From Phallusia mammillata (Eukaryota), in contig OZ281500.1 in the NCBI GenBank assembly GCA_965637545.1, positions 20,646,001-20,710,000 of the forward strand: 64,000 nucleotides of DNA. Reading direction: 5' to 3'. The notes beneath the pieces are model-generated. The model worked only from the letters and a program-made list of their open reading frames with translations. It was not told where the DNA came from and searched no databases. The position numbers and the translations under genes are program-made. The stretch's first letter is position 1. Each line of letters starts with the position of its first letter. Below, in pieces: positions 63,745 to 64,000 of this stretch.

Positions 63745-63790
63745 TGACGTCATAAAAATCGCATTTTGGAACGCCAATCGACCAATCAGA
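63745..63790. promoter_or_regulatory. Candidate promoter: CRE palindrome plus two CCAAT boxes
   Basis: TGACGTCA (63745-63752), CCAAT at 63774 and CCAATCAG at 63782, in a locally CpG-rich patch. Confidence 0.45.
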
Positions 63791-64000
63791 GCGAAGAGCG
63801 TAATAAACGAAATGCGCTGAAACGCGGTTATGTGCGTCATTTTTGTTGAATAGGTCGTACCTTAGCTAGTTTCAAACATCTGAGCTTCAGTTTAGGTCCA
63901 ATTAGGTTCTCTGATGTAACTGATTGCACGCCTAATGTGCGTTTACTGTAAGTTTGCGTATGGAATGAATGCATCAACCACTTTTGTCCTGACTACAGTG

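Overview
Compact, AT-rich, short-intron animal DNA. It looks ascidian/tunicate-like, but that is inference only. Contents in order: (1) a 6-exon PIM-family Ser/Thr kinase with a long Ser-rich N-terminal extension (1.8-5.8 kb); (2) two intronless-CDS LRPPRC-like mitochondrial PPR genes arranged head-to-head as an inverted duplication with mosaic divergence (8.5-16.7 kb); (3) a ~33 kb array of IAP (BIR/UBA/RING) genes: 7 reconstructable genes plus 2 relics, in both orientations, with different domain sets, apparent gene-conversion tracts and a shared N-terminal exon carrying a caspase-type xxxD-G motif (18.6-51.7 kb); (4) a complete vitamin K-dependent gamma-glutamyl carboxylase (GGCX) ending in KTEL (52.6-58.4 kb); (5) several hAT/Buster MITEs with 8-bp target-site duplications, tRNA-like elements and a palindromic tandem array. 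All gene models were spliced by eye from GT-AG sites and reading frames. Internal exon boundaries marked ~ are approximate, and IAP-1 to IAP-7 are my own labels.
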